From positions 24,986,001-25,050,000 of the forward strand of contig OX442314.1 in the NCBI GenBank assembly GCA_949358305.1: a DNA stretch of 64,000 nucleotides, read 5' to 3'. The notes below the pieces were generated by a model. It saw only the letters and a program-made list of their open reading frames with translations. It did no database searches and had not been told where the DNA came from. The DNA is from Strigamia acuminata (taxonomy: Eukaryota). Shown here piece by piece: positions 52,601 to 64,000 of this stretch. The translations under genes and the position numbers were made by a program. Each line of letters opens with the position of its first letter. The stretch's first letter is position 1.

Positions 52601-54196
52601 GTGATATCAGAAATGTACCAAAACTGGGAGATAAGGTGGAGAAACGATTGAAAGAAAAGAATTATTTGCAGGTGTTGATTGAATTCTTTTGATGGTTTTA
52701 GGTGGAGTTTAGTATTAGTGAATCGAAACGGACGAACCAGAAAGTGGCTGTGGATCTGCATGTGGTTAATCGTGGAGTCAAAAACGGATTCAGATATACC
52801 CATCATGGATTTGTAGCAGCTTTGAAAGATGGTTTTGGATTTATCGAGACTGCTGACCATGATCATGAAGTTTTTTTCCACTTTAGGTAGAAAAATGTGG
52901 AAGAAAAAGAATTTTTTTTAAATTTCTGTTTTGGTTTTTAGTGTTTATAATGGCGATGCGACTATGCTTGAACTGGGTAGTGAGGTCGAATATGGTCTGT
53001 CCCAGAAAGGAACTAAGCAAAGCGCTGAGTGTGTAAGAAAACTTCCGAAAGGGACGATTTTAAGCGAAGATATTAAGCCTGACTTGTACGAGGGAATTGT
53101 GATAAGACCTGTGAGATGCTTTAATCCGGATCAAGACGAATATCCAGGTTTAATTCAACTTGGATTGGAAGGTTTGGGAAATTTGGAAAAATTGAGAGAG
53201 AAAAAATTTAAACGAGAATTATTTTTAACAGAAAAAGATGATGAATTGTCGTATCAGTTTGGTATTACGAGTTTGGCAGATAAACGCGAGTTTGTTCAAA
53301 AAGGCGATACCGTTCAATTCCAAATTGGTGTTGTGAAATCGACGACGGAAGAACGCGCTGTTAATGTGAAGCCTATCCGGAAAAAAATGCATGCCACGGT
53401 TGAAGCTATTAAAGGACAAGTAATTGATGAGTTTTGTTTTGTTTTGTTTTGTTTGTTTATTTATTTCTCTCTTTTCGTGTCTTTTAGTTTGGATTTTTGT
53501 CGTACGAAGTGGAAGAGGGAAAGAAATTGTTTTTCCATATATCTGAAGTTCGAGACAATGTCAATCTACAGCCTGGCGATCAAGTGGAATTTGTAATCGT
53601 TCAGAAACAAAGAAATGGGAAAGTGTCTGCATGCAACGTAGTTAAAGTCAGGTTTGTATATTGATGTTTTCTGTCTAGAAATGACACTTCTTGGGCCCAA
53701 AAATGATGTTTTTTAAAAAGGGACCAATTTTGCGCACAAGATAAGTGTATTAAAAGACCTAAAAATGCATTTTTGAACATGAAAAGTGTATTAAAGGACC
53801 TAAAAATGCATTTTAGAACATGAAAAGTGTATTAAAGGACCTAAAAATGCATTTTTGAACATGAAAAGTGTATTAAAGGACCTAAAAATGCATTTTTGTA
53901 CATGAAAAATGCACTAAAGTGGCCTTGAAATGCATTTTTGCGCTGTAAAAGTCGTTTTTGGTTGTAAAAATAGAGATTATTTCACATGGAATTCACTTTT
54001 GAACGTATGTGTAATTTGTTTATCTAATTGCAGTGAAATACCACGTCCAGAACGTCTTATAAGCCGTTTACGAACCGTCTCCTGCGATGATACTGGACCG
54101 CGAATCGTTTTGGTGCGTCAACCACGCGGGCCTGACGGAACCAGCGGATTTAAAACAACGCGCGAGCTTCGTGAACCTGGCCAGGTCATTGCTTAA
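49633..54196 (+). CDS. CSDE1: Cold shock domain-containing protein E1 (Unr), multi-exon
   Basis: [31 protein letters not shown]; repeated CSD motifs (FGFIE/K...FFHFS); C-terminal RPERLISRL...[12 protein letters not shown] (SUZ-C). Confidence 0.95.
53745..53910. repeat. Intronic 41-bp tandem repeat, about 4 copies
   Basis: aagtgtattaaaggacctaaaaatgcatttttgaacatgaa repeated. Confidence 0.85.
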
Positions 54197-57141
54197 ACTA
54201 AGCGCAATGCAAAGGAAACGAATAGTATTCAACATTTTAAAAACAAATAATATTATTTCTCTCCTTTATCCACGCTGCTTGTCCATCATCGGCATTGGTC
54301 ACGTCCGGCGCGGCCCATCACGCTGAATTTGACTCTCTCGCTTTCCATTCTAGCCGAAAAGTGGCAACCATCACGTCTATCGTGATTGGCGGCGACCGAA
54401 CTGCCAATGGGAGCATGCCTCTGCTCAAGTCCACCCTTCTCACCCTAAACTTTCATTGCTTGGTCCGTCTGCGTCCACCCACAGCTTCCGCCCGAAACCC
54501 ATTACACGTTCACTGTCCTGCTCCTTTGTCCTACGCTGACTGCTACTGTGCTCTTCGTTCCTTTATGCTTTGACAAGCAAAATTACAAGTAAGCTTCTCG
54601 CTTATTTCGTTTATTTTTTACATTTAATTGATTCGTCAACGTTTTACAACAATGTGAATTTTTGATTTCAAAGAAAAAAGTTGTTGTCACAGAAACAAAA
54701 TAAGAAAAAGGTAAAAAAAAATAATTATAAATGAAATAATTCATTGACGAGTGGGAGATGAATGTCTCAAAATGCGAATGTTTTCATTTTGCACTTGTCG
54801 GTGGTGTAAAAAAAAAATTACCATAATAAATAAATAAATAAATAAATTTAAAAAAAAAAAATTTAAAAAATTTAAAAAAGAAAAAAAACGAGAAAAAAAT
54901 TTAATTGCTTGATTAGTGTATTGTGATGAAAATGAATTTAGGAATGAAGATGAAGCGATTTTACGAATATTTGAAGATGGTGAAGAGAAAAAATAAATTG
55001 AAATAAAAGTTGGAAAAATTTTGAAAAATTTTGAAAAATCTTGAAAAATTTGAAAAAAAAAAAAAAAAAAAAAAAAATATGAGTGAAATATTAACACGTG
55101 CCAAGCTGCATAGAGATAATTTAGGGGTTTTTAAATACATGAATTGAATTAAATGTTGATAAAGAACCGATTAATGCGTGTAAAAAAGAAGCCTTTTTGT
55201 GTGCCTTGAGACAATGCAATTTTTTATTTTTATTTATTTTTATTTTTATTTTTATTTTTTTGAATTTGGTGGTTAACTCAAGGGAAGACAGATTAGAAGA
55301 GGTAAAAAAAAATTATTATTTATTTGGTTTTTGTCTAAGTGCCTGATTTAAATCAGATTTTATTTTTAATTGATAAAATTGAATTTTTCTTTTGATTTCT
55401 TGATAAATTTCAAAATGCCAGCCAGTGATGTACTATGCAGCTTAGGCATGTGAAAAATGCTTATTCTTTGTATTTTGTCAAACTAATTTTCTTTTTCTTT
55501 TTTTTTTCTTTTTTTAATTTTTCTTGTTTTCAATTCGATTTGATTTGATTTTAATTTTTTTTTTATTTGGGAAAATATGCAGAAGGCATCGTTAATTCTT
55601 ATTTTTATTATTGAATTTAGTCCTTAAATATGATTATACACACTATAGTAAGCCGTTGACACTTGTATTATCATTTTGTCAACACTTTCTCGTCAATTCT
55701 CAATTATTAATTTTTATTTTTATTTGTTTAAAAAGAATTAATTTAAATTATATCTATATTTTGTTTGTTTGTGTTGAACAATGTCCTATCCACGTAATTT
55801 AATGTTTACAAAATGGTATTAATAACAACTACAATAGCTTAATTAATTAAATGTAACACTACATACATACCGGTAAATATTAACAGTTTTCATCTGTTAA
55901 GTGGATAGGATGCCTATAAGAGTAGTTGGAACTTCAACTGGAATTTCAATGAGAACGTGGGGGTAAATTGTACAACTTTATTTTGAAGGGAAAAAAAAAC
56001 AATTGAATTTTTCATTGTGTTTTTTCGTTTTTTTATTATTGTGTTGAATATTGTTGTAAATTTGATGTTTATTATTTTTTCTTCTTTTTTTTTCCTCGAA
56101 TTTATGTTGTAAAAAAAAAGGAAAAAACAATGCAGTAATTGGATTTATTGTTAATTTTAATTTTTTAATTTTTTAAAATTGCATGCTGGAATTAGGAATG
56201 GATTTAAATCGAATTTGGAGAAAAATGGCGAGTAAGGTCAAATTTAATAATTGCATTTAATGAAATTACTGCTTGCATTTAGTGTTGTTTCTTTTCGCTT
56301 TTCGACATTGCTTAGGATAGTGGGAGCGTTGATTTAGTCATTTGAATTGGTGCATTAGTTTGACACGCTTTGAAATGACTAAATAACGCGCCTAGTTGAC
56401 GTATCTAAATATTTAAAGTTAGTTTTGACTGGTTTTAGCACGTTTAACTTATCTTGAAATGAATTTTAGGCCTGGAAATTGATGTAGATGGTTTGATATG
56501 ACTGAGATTAGCAGTTTTTACGTAAAAAGGTGCCATACTTTATTAGTGTAAATCCATTTACACTAATTGTAAAGACATTTTTTGACCTTACTCAATTTAG
56601 TTGTACATAAAACGACATTTCTTTTTTTTTTTTTTTAATTTTCTTCTTTTCTTTTCTTTCTGTACAGCTTTAAAGTCTTTGTCTTGTGTAAGTTCTTTGA
56701 TTTTTGGATTTGGACCTCGTGACTTTGGCATAAAGCAAAAAAGGAAAAAAATAGGAATACTTTACACTTGCTGCATTATAAAGGAAAAAAGCGAATAATG
56801 TGATCATGTTTTCGATTATTATAAACCAAATATATAAGTGCATTTTTTTATTTTTTTGGTTTTCTTTTGTGACGACATAATGAAAAAAAACTTGCCATCA
56901 TTTGTTCAGTGATACCCCATGGGCTATTCTAAACATTACTTTTTAGTGACAGTTTTACTAAATGGAAACTTTAAAAAAAAAATAATAATTAAAAAATATT
57001 TTCAAAACCTGAATTTCGTTTTCTTTTTCTATTGTTTCTTTTACACCTGAATATATCGAAATTCATATGATGGTTGGATAAAAAACATCAACTTGATGTC
57101 ATTAGTGCCAAATGCGACACAGTTAAGCCAACTTTCTAATA

Positions 57142-58030
57142 CAGGGTGAGCCAGAGAAACCTGATGATTTTGAAAATGTAATTACTGTTATTTTGTGAAA
57201 AATGGATAATTTGGGTTGTTTTAATGTCGACAAAAATCTTATTCTGCAAAATGGCAGTCATGTTTTAGCGACGTGCCGTGTTACCAAAATGTGGAGTTTG
57301 CATCTCCTCAATCGTGCCAGGGAGCTGCGAACCACCAATGTATACTCTTGTTCAACTCAAAAGGGTGCCCTTCTCCCATTGGCCGAGTTGTATCACTGGT
57401 GTAGTGATCCAAAAATGTAGACCCAAAGCCCAAACACCAGAAATGCATTACAATGTACAGACATTGTAATCGATTGCCTAGGCAACTGCCAAAAATTCAA
57501 AATTGTTTACTATCCAGACATAGTAACCAATAAACATAACAAACATGAGTTTCACATTTATATGTGCATAAAACTTTATTTCCTAAATGGAAATAACATT
57601 TTTTTTATAAAAATAATCAAAATTATATGAACTTAAATGGTATAATAGCAATCACAAAACAAGAAAAATAAAAACTACTTCTCCTAGTGGTGGTAATACA
57701 AACTTGAGGTAGGAGTAATGCGGCTCGGCCAATGGGAGAAGGGCACCCTTTTGAGTCGAACAAGAGTAGAGTATAGAGTATAGAGTAGTCATTGCTGGGG
57801 GAAGCAATACCTCTACCAACGCCATTTCAGTGGTCATGGAGCAATGGACGACACATCATCGCATGCCTGTGCGGAAGCGGGGCAAAGGAAGGCTTCTGAG
57901 CGATATAAATTTTCAGATATAAAAGTGGCATTTCAAACTCTGTACAATGGTTTTAGTTTCAAATAAAAATATTAATTAGTCACAGAGTAATTCTATTTTC
58001 AAAATTATCAGGTCTCTCTGGCTCACCCTG
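57142..58030. mobile_element. Tc1/mariner-type non-autonomous element with a nested inverted-repeat element (~57342-57770)
   Basis: Outer TIRs cagggtgagccagaga.acctgat.attttgaaaat; inner ~45-bp inverted pair actcttgttc.actcaaaagggtgcccttctcccattggccgag. Confidence 0.8.
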
Positions 58031-58256
58031 AAGTGGAAAGAATCTTCACAACCTACATACATACATTTTTAAAGTTTTAACAGTATTAAAAAGCATATGG
58101 CGATTCCCAAAATAAATACAAAAATAGAATCATTGTTTAGAAGACATAAATCAATCTAGTATCTTTAAAAACAATGCAACATGTGTTTTTTGCAATTGGA
58201 AAAAAAGCAAAACAATAAAATAGAATTCTTTTGTTGTTGTTTTTACACACAGTCAC

Positions 58257-60637
58257 ATGAGTAAGATGAAAGTGCCTGCAAAACTAATACTCCTTTTAAT
58301 AACAATCTTAACTCTTGGTGATAAATTTGTGGTAAATGGATCATTGCACAGGTGGTTTAAAAAGCACATTTTGTTGGACAATACAGAAAACAAATGGCTA
58401 AACAATCCAAAAGTGACCGAAGTACAGACCGATGTGGTGAGTTCTAAATCCCTTTTAAGTTTTCTATTGAAAGTCTCAACTGTGAACATTTCAGCTCGAT
58501 TTGATTAGACAATACGGTTACAATGCTGAAAATCACACCATTCAAACCCAAGATGGCTACCTCCTTATGCTGCACCGAATACCAAATGGGCAGCAGAATC
58601 TAATACCTGGGACTCCAATCTTACTTTTACATGGTCTTGGTTGTCATTCTGGAATTTGGGTGGCCAATGGATACGATAGTTTAGGTAAACAATTTTAAAG
58701 AAAATTTTTCTTTCTTCATTTTAAAAATGAATTGCATTAGCATTTATGTTGGCTGATGAATTTTTTGATGTCTGGATGATCAACTTTAGAGGAAATCCTT
58801 ACACAAATCACATTAGTTTATCGCCGGACGAAGACTTATTTTGGGACTACAGGTAAAAAAAAATAAATAGCAGGTGCATTCATTCAATGTTTGGTGTTTC
58901 TATAAACTAAAACAGCGTTTCCCGAACTGTGAGGCGCGAGCTGATTTTTGGTGGGGCGCGATGGCATCTAACTAACTTGTAGACATGACGCCCCCCCCCC
59001 CCCTAGAATAGTGCACTAAAATTATTTTTTGCAAACTTATGTAAAATTGTATGCAAATGTTTTTTTTCTTTCTTTTTTTCTTTTTAGTAGTTCATTTTTG
59101 AAAAATTTAATGCACCGGTAGATGAAGTGGGGCGCGGAAGATCGCCTTCCTTAAAAATGGGTCGCGATGCTAAAAAGTTTGGGAGCCCCTAAACTAAAAC
59201 ATGCTCAATGTGAGTTTATTTCGTTTTGGGGTTTTACAAGTAAATGGCAATTAAAATTCTATCATTTTCACCTAATTAATGAATAATGGCCTCTAATTAT
59301 GGCTTTACCGTTTTTTTTTTGGTGCTATATCTGCAAGCATTATTATAACAATTGCAAGTTTGGCCACAGATGTGTGGCAGCCATTTTAAATTTGGATGTA
59401 AAAACTAAAACCAGCTTGTATAGAATATAAATCACTTGAAAACCACTTTAAGTAAGGTTTCTGTTTTCGCAGTTTTTGATGATTGTTTTTGGCAGTTTCT
59501 GGTGTTTTTTCTGTTTATAGAAGCACTAAACACACACACTTTGAATGCACTTATTGACATATAATGTATTACAAGATATTCTAAACAATAGTTGGGAAGA
59601 CCACGCTGAGTATGATTTAACAGCCACTATAGATTACATAGTGAGTGTCACAAAATACGCTAAAGTATTAAATGTTGGGATATCAATGGGAACGACTGTT
59701 GCTTTGGCATTACTTGCCTCAAACAGTGATTACAATAATAAAGTATGTAGAGAATTTTAAAAATGTAAATAATTCAATTTAAATAAAAAAAAATAAAATT
59801 CATAGATAGCTGGTTTTCTAGCTTTGGCTCCACCTGACACTCAGCCATATTTGTCTACATTAATTGAGTCTCCAGCATTGGGTGATGACACCTTTGTTAA
59901 AGTATGTTTAGATACTTGTACTTTTTATGGTCATTTCTTAATCTGTTTTTTGTTAATTTAGTTGTTCTACAAGCTTGGAAAAAAGGGAAGAATTGGACAT
60001 TGCCCCCTTAATCCAGAAACCATGATGTCACTGTGTCCACCTAGAGAGCCATTTTTTTGTCATGTTTTATTTTCATTAAACACTGGATACAGTCCAGCTC
60101 TACCGAATAAAACAATAGAACCCTTATTAAAATCCCAGTGCTGTTATGGAACTTCAAGAAAAAATGCACTTCATTTTGCACAAGTAATTTAGCAATGATT
60201 AAATACAGGTTACAAATGTACTAATTTTTCTTATTTTTGTTCAGATTAAAAAATTGGGGGATCTGGCTAAATTTGATTACGGAAGAATAGAAAACGTTCT
60301 ACGTTACGGAAAGGTTTGTGTCAAATTTCTTTCTTATTTCATATTTAATTTTAATTTCATTTTATATAAATACATATATATTTTTTAGAGTAAACCGCCA
60401 AGTTACACGTTTTCTGACATAAGAACACCAATCGCTATTTTCTACAGCGACACGGAGATGTCTGTTGATGAACATCCATTGTCAATGCGCAAGCTTAAAT
60501 ATAAACTTAAACACGCTGTTTTTAAATTTCTCTATCCGCACAAAATGGGACTGAAGAACGATATCTTGTGGTTGAATCTTGAACGATCTAATCTGTACGA
60601 GCAATTAGTGTCAGCACTTAATTTGATGTGGCTGTAA
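58257..60637 (+). CDS. Acid lipase family (lipase 3/gastric lipase-like) protein, multi-exon, possibly catalytically inactive
   Basis: Signal-like N-terminus; [77 protein letters not shown]. Confidence 0.88.
58913..59191. mobile_element. hAT-type MITE in a lipase intron
   Basis: 8-bp TSD AACTAAAA (58905-58912, 59192-59199); TIRs cagcgtttcccgaact / agtttgggagcccct. Confidence 0.85.
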
Positions 60638-60813
60638 ATTGTAATGTAAATTAGTTGTCTACAAATCGATGTTTTATACTGAGTTTGTGTCTTCTATTTA
60701 TTTATAATTCGGTATTCGATTTTACGTCAATAAAATCACAGTTTAATTGCCAATGAAATTCACATTAGATCCGGTATAAAATCCTATCAAGTATTTTATC
60801 CCAAAATACAAGC

Positions 60814-61386
60814 ATGATGAAAATAATTACAATAATTCTGAGTAATTTTTTCAAAATTATTTGCATTGAACAAAATGGAAAAACTCATCTCAATCTTTTA
60901 TTCACAGCTGTGTTATCAATCGCTCGGGCTGAACATGAACACGACGAAAACAAACCGAAATTCACTAAGGAATTGGAAGAATGTATTCTTACGACCAGGA
61001 ATATTTTTTCACCGGGATAATAATAATCACTCATCGGGAAATGATGATTGATGACTTGGAATTTTTATTTTTCTGTTTATAGACAAAATAAAATTAAAAT
61101 TACTTGGAAAACTGGTACAAATGGCTACGTGAACTGATTTCTTTAATCTCTTGTTACACAGTGGTGAACAAAATCATGATATCTATCCACCATGTTTTGA
61201 TATGACACCAATTACTGTTTTTAATGAATGTGCCATACAAAGTGGTCAAAGAAAATTAAATATTACTTACGGAAGCATCAAACTTTACGATTTTCTTTGT
61301 TCTCAAGTATACTGGAGTTTTTTATTTCCTAATTTTTCTTTTTTTTTCAAATTATTTTCTTTGGTAATTTCAGATAAAACTAATCT
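60814..61386 (+). pseudogene. Damaged paralog of the small secreted protein at 62333-63113
   Basis: Same exon 1 and start of exon 2 (RAEHEHDENKPKFTKELEEC); a deletion removes the rest of exon 2 and its donor; exon 3 donor altered. Confidence 0.7.
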
Positions 61387-61789
61387 GAACATTATTGGCA
61401 ACAGGGTAAATTTGTATACGATAATTGTATATTAAAATCGGTTTATAAATTTAGCATTCTCGGCTCAATTTAATTCATGATTTATTATTTATTACATTAA
61501 TATCATGGCAACAATTGAATGACACAAAGAACAACAAATGGATGTTTTATATTAAACTAAGTTTATATTTACTATTATTTGTAATATTCAAATTTTAGTG
61601 TTGATAGAGTCACAGTTTAATTGGTCAATTAAATAACCTAAGATCCGGTACAAAATCTTATTAAACATTTTATCCCAATTAAGATAAGTATAATCAGGAT
61701 GAGAATAATTTTGGATTTTGATAAAAAAAAATTTTTGGTAGTCATAAGTGCAATTAGAAGAATTTCAGTTGGAAAATATATGAAAATGT

Positions 61790-62145
61790 ATTTTCTTTGG
61801 TTGCTTTGGCATTACTTGCTTCGAACAGTGATTACAATAATTAAGTATGAAAAGAATTTTAAATGTGTAATTAATTCAGTTTAAATAAATAAATAAAATT
61901 CATTGATAGCTGGTTTACTGACTGTGGTTCCACCTGACACTCACTTGTCAGCCATATTTGTCTACATTAATTGAGTCTCCAGCATTGGGTGATTTCACAC
62001 ATTTGTTAAAAGTATGTTTATATATACTTGTAATTTTTGTGGTCATGTTTTTTTTTATTTCTTTGTTAATTTAGTTGTTCTACAAGCCTGGAAAAAAGGG
62101 AAGAATTGGTCATTGCCCCCTTAATCCAGAAGCCATGATGTCACT
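61790..62145 (+). pseudogene. Partial duplicate of lipase internal exons
   Basis: Matches 59697-60032 with frameshifting indels. Confidence 0.8.
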
Positions 62146-62332
62146 CACTACGTTTACATGATCACAGTTTTCCAGGTAAGTGAATATCCGAATTTTCTGT
62201 CTTCTATTTATTTATAATACGGTATTCGATTTTATGTCAATAAAATCAGTTTAATTGCCAATAAAATTTACCTAAGATCCGGTATAAAATTCTATCAAGT
62301 ATTTTATCCCAATTAAGATAATAATTACAAGC

Positions 62333-63113
62333 ATGATGAAAATAATTACAATAATTCTGAGTAATTTTTTCAAAATTATTTGAATTGAACAAAATGAAAA
62401 AACTCATCTTAATCTTTTATTCACAGCTCTGGTTTTAGTCGTTCGGGCTGAACATGTAAAAGAAAAACCGACATTCACTCAGGAATTGGAAGAATGTATG
62501 GCTAAACGCAAACAAACTCTTGACACACTAAAGCTGGAACTAAAAAAATGCTTGACCGAAGCACTTAGAGCTAGGAAGGCATGGGAAAAAAAATTTTGCT
62601 TGTAAGTGAAAATACTCATCAAAATAGTGGCACACACACACGGGAGTGTGGATCGGTAATTCTTATGACCGGTAATTCTTTTCGAACCAGAAATTCTTTG
62701 GTCCGGTAATTCTTTCTTTCGACCAGGATTATTTTTTCACCAGGAGTCGAAAATAATCACCCATCGGGAAATGATGGCTTGAAATTTTTATTTTTATGTT
62801 GAACAAAAGAAAATTAAAATTACTTGGAAAATTGGTTCAAATGGCTACCGGTACATGAACTGATTTCTTTAATTTCTTTATACCTAGTGGTGAACAAAAT
62901 CATAAAGCCTATCCGCCATGTTTTGATATGACACCAATTAAGGTGTTCAATGAATGTGCCGAAGAAAATGGTCAAGTAAAATTAAATATTACTTATGGAA
63001 GCATCAAATTTTACGATTTTCTTTGTTCTCAAGTATACTGGAATTTTTTATGTCCTAATTTTTCTGATTTTTTAAATTATTTTCTTTGGTAATTTCAGTT
63101 AGGCAATATGTGA
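62333..63113 (+). CDS. Orphan small secreted Cys-containing protein (~100 aa, four exons)
   Basis: TATAAAA at 62283; spliced MMKIITIILTLVLVVRA-EHVKEKPTFTQELEECMAKRKQTLDTLKLELKKCLTEALRARKAWEKKFCFGEQNHKAYPPCFDMTPIKVFNECAEENGQLGNM* with phase-consistent GT-AG introns. Confidence 0.7.
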
Positions 63114-64000
63114 ACATTATTGGCAACAGAGTAAATTTGTATACGATAATTGTACATTAAAATCGATTTATAAATTTAATTCTCGGCTCAATTCAATTCA
63201 TGATTTATTATTTATTACATTACTATCATGGTAACAATTGAGTGACACAAAGAACAACGAATGGATGTTTTTGACTGAGTTTATATTTACTATTATCTGT
63301 AATATTAAAATTTTAGTGTTGATAAAACCACAGTTTAATTGGCCAATTAAATTACCTAAGATCCGGTACAAAATCTTATTAAACATTTTATCTCAATTAA
63401 GATAAGTACACGCAGGATGAAAATGGTTACCGGTAACCGTAAAAAATTTTGGATTTTGATAAAAAAAACTTGTTGGAAAGTCATAGGTGCAATTGGAAAA
63501 ATTTCAGTTGGAAAATATATGAAAAGGAAATGTGAAATATTTTATGTAAAGTTGAACTGATTGTTAATTTTGTACGGAAAGCTAACTTACAGTAGCTTAG
63601 GCTTGGAATATTATATTTCCATTTATTTAACAAGTCTAGAAATTCATTAATAACACGTCTTATATTTTCAGCTTGTGAAATTTATGGAAATCGTTTGTTA
63701 GGGCAACGTAGAAATAGAAATAAAAAATTTTATATTTATTAAATACGGAATCGGTTTCAACATTTGTACTTCATGCCTATTGTTTGAAAACCGTTGCTTT
63801 CAGTTTTGAAAAAATCATGAAAATTTGATATTGTATACAATTTGAATAATTCACGTTTCCGTTATATTTCCAACACATTCCCAGTTTGAAAATATAATCT
63901 TTTTTCAGTGATTGTAAGTTTTTTTTCAGTGATTACACTAATTATTGGTAAATTTTTAAAAATTATAATTTCGATTGAACAAAAGGAATAGACCCATCTT

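Noticed and set aside
32984..54196. Conserved 'upstream of N-ras' CSDE1-Ras adjacency
   Set aside because: The Ras here is R-Ras2 type, lies upstream rather than downstream of CSDE1, and is separated from it by CEP290
54194..54250. Stop-codon readthrough of CSDE1
   Set aside because: TAA-A context is unfavourable and another in-frame stop follows within about 18 codons

Overview
AT-rich eukaryotic DNA from an intron-rich invertebrate, most likely an arthropod; it is not prokaryotic and has no CRISPR array. Most genes are spliced, so the ORF track shows only fragments; exon models below were assembled by hand from GT-AG sites. The left 27 kb is a birth-and-death cluster of three-exon, GPI-anchored Ly6/uPAR (three-finger, quiver-like) genes: seven complete copies, one lacking a located first exon, and several relics. 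The cluster was built by direct and inverted segmental duplication and contains Ty3/gypsy, mariner and MULE debris. Embedded in it is an intact, intronless, stand-alone Ty3/gypsy Gag ORF (20538-21398) with a CCHC knuckle and no pol or paired LTR, which is a candidate domesticated capsid gene. The middle is a compact housekeeping block: JIP1/Aplip1 (-) head-to-head with ATP synthase subunit b (+), R-Ras2/Ras64B (+), and CEP290 (-) head-to-head with CSDE1/Unr (+). The right end has an acid-lipase-family gene with a degenerate catalytic triad and a tandemly duplicated orphan small secreted Cys-containing protein. Several MITEs (TA, 8-bp and 9-bp target-site duplications) and intronic minisatellites are present.
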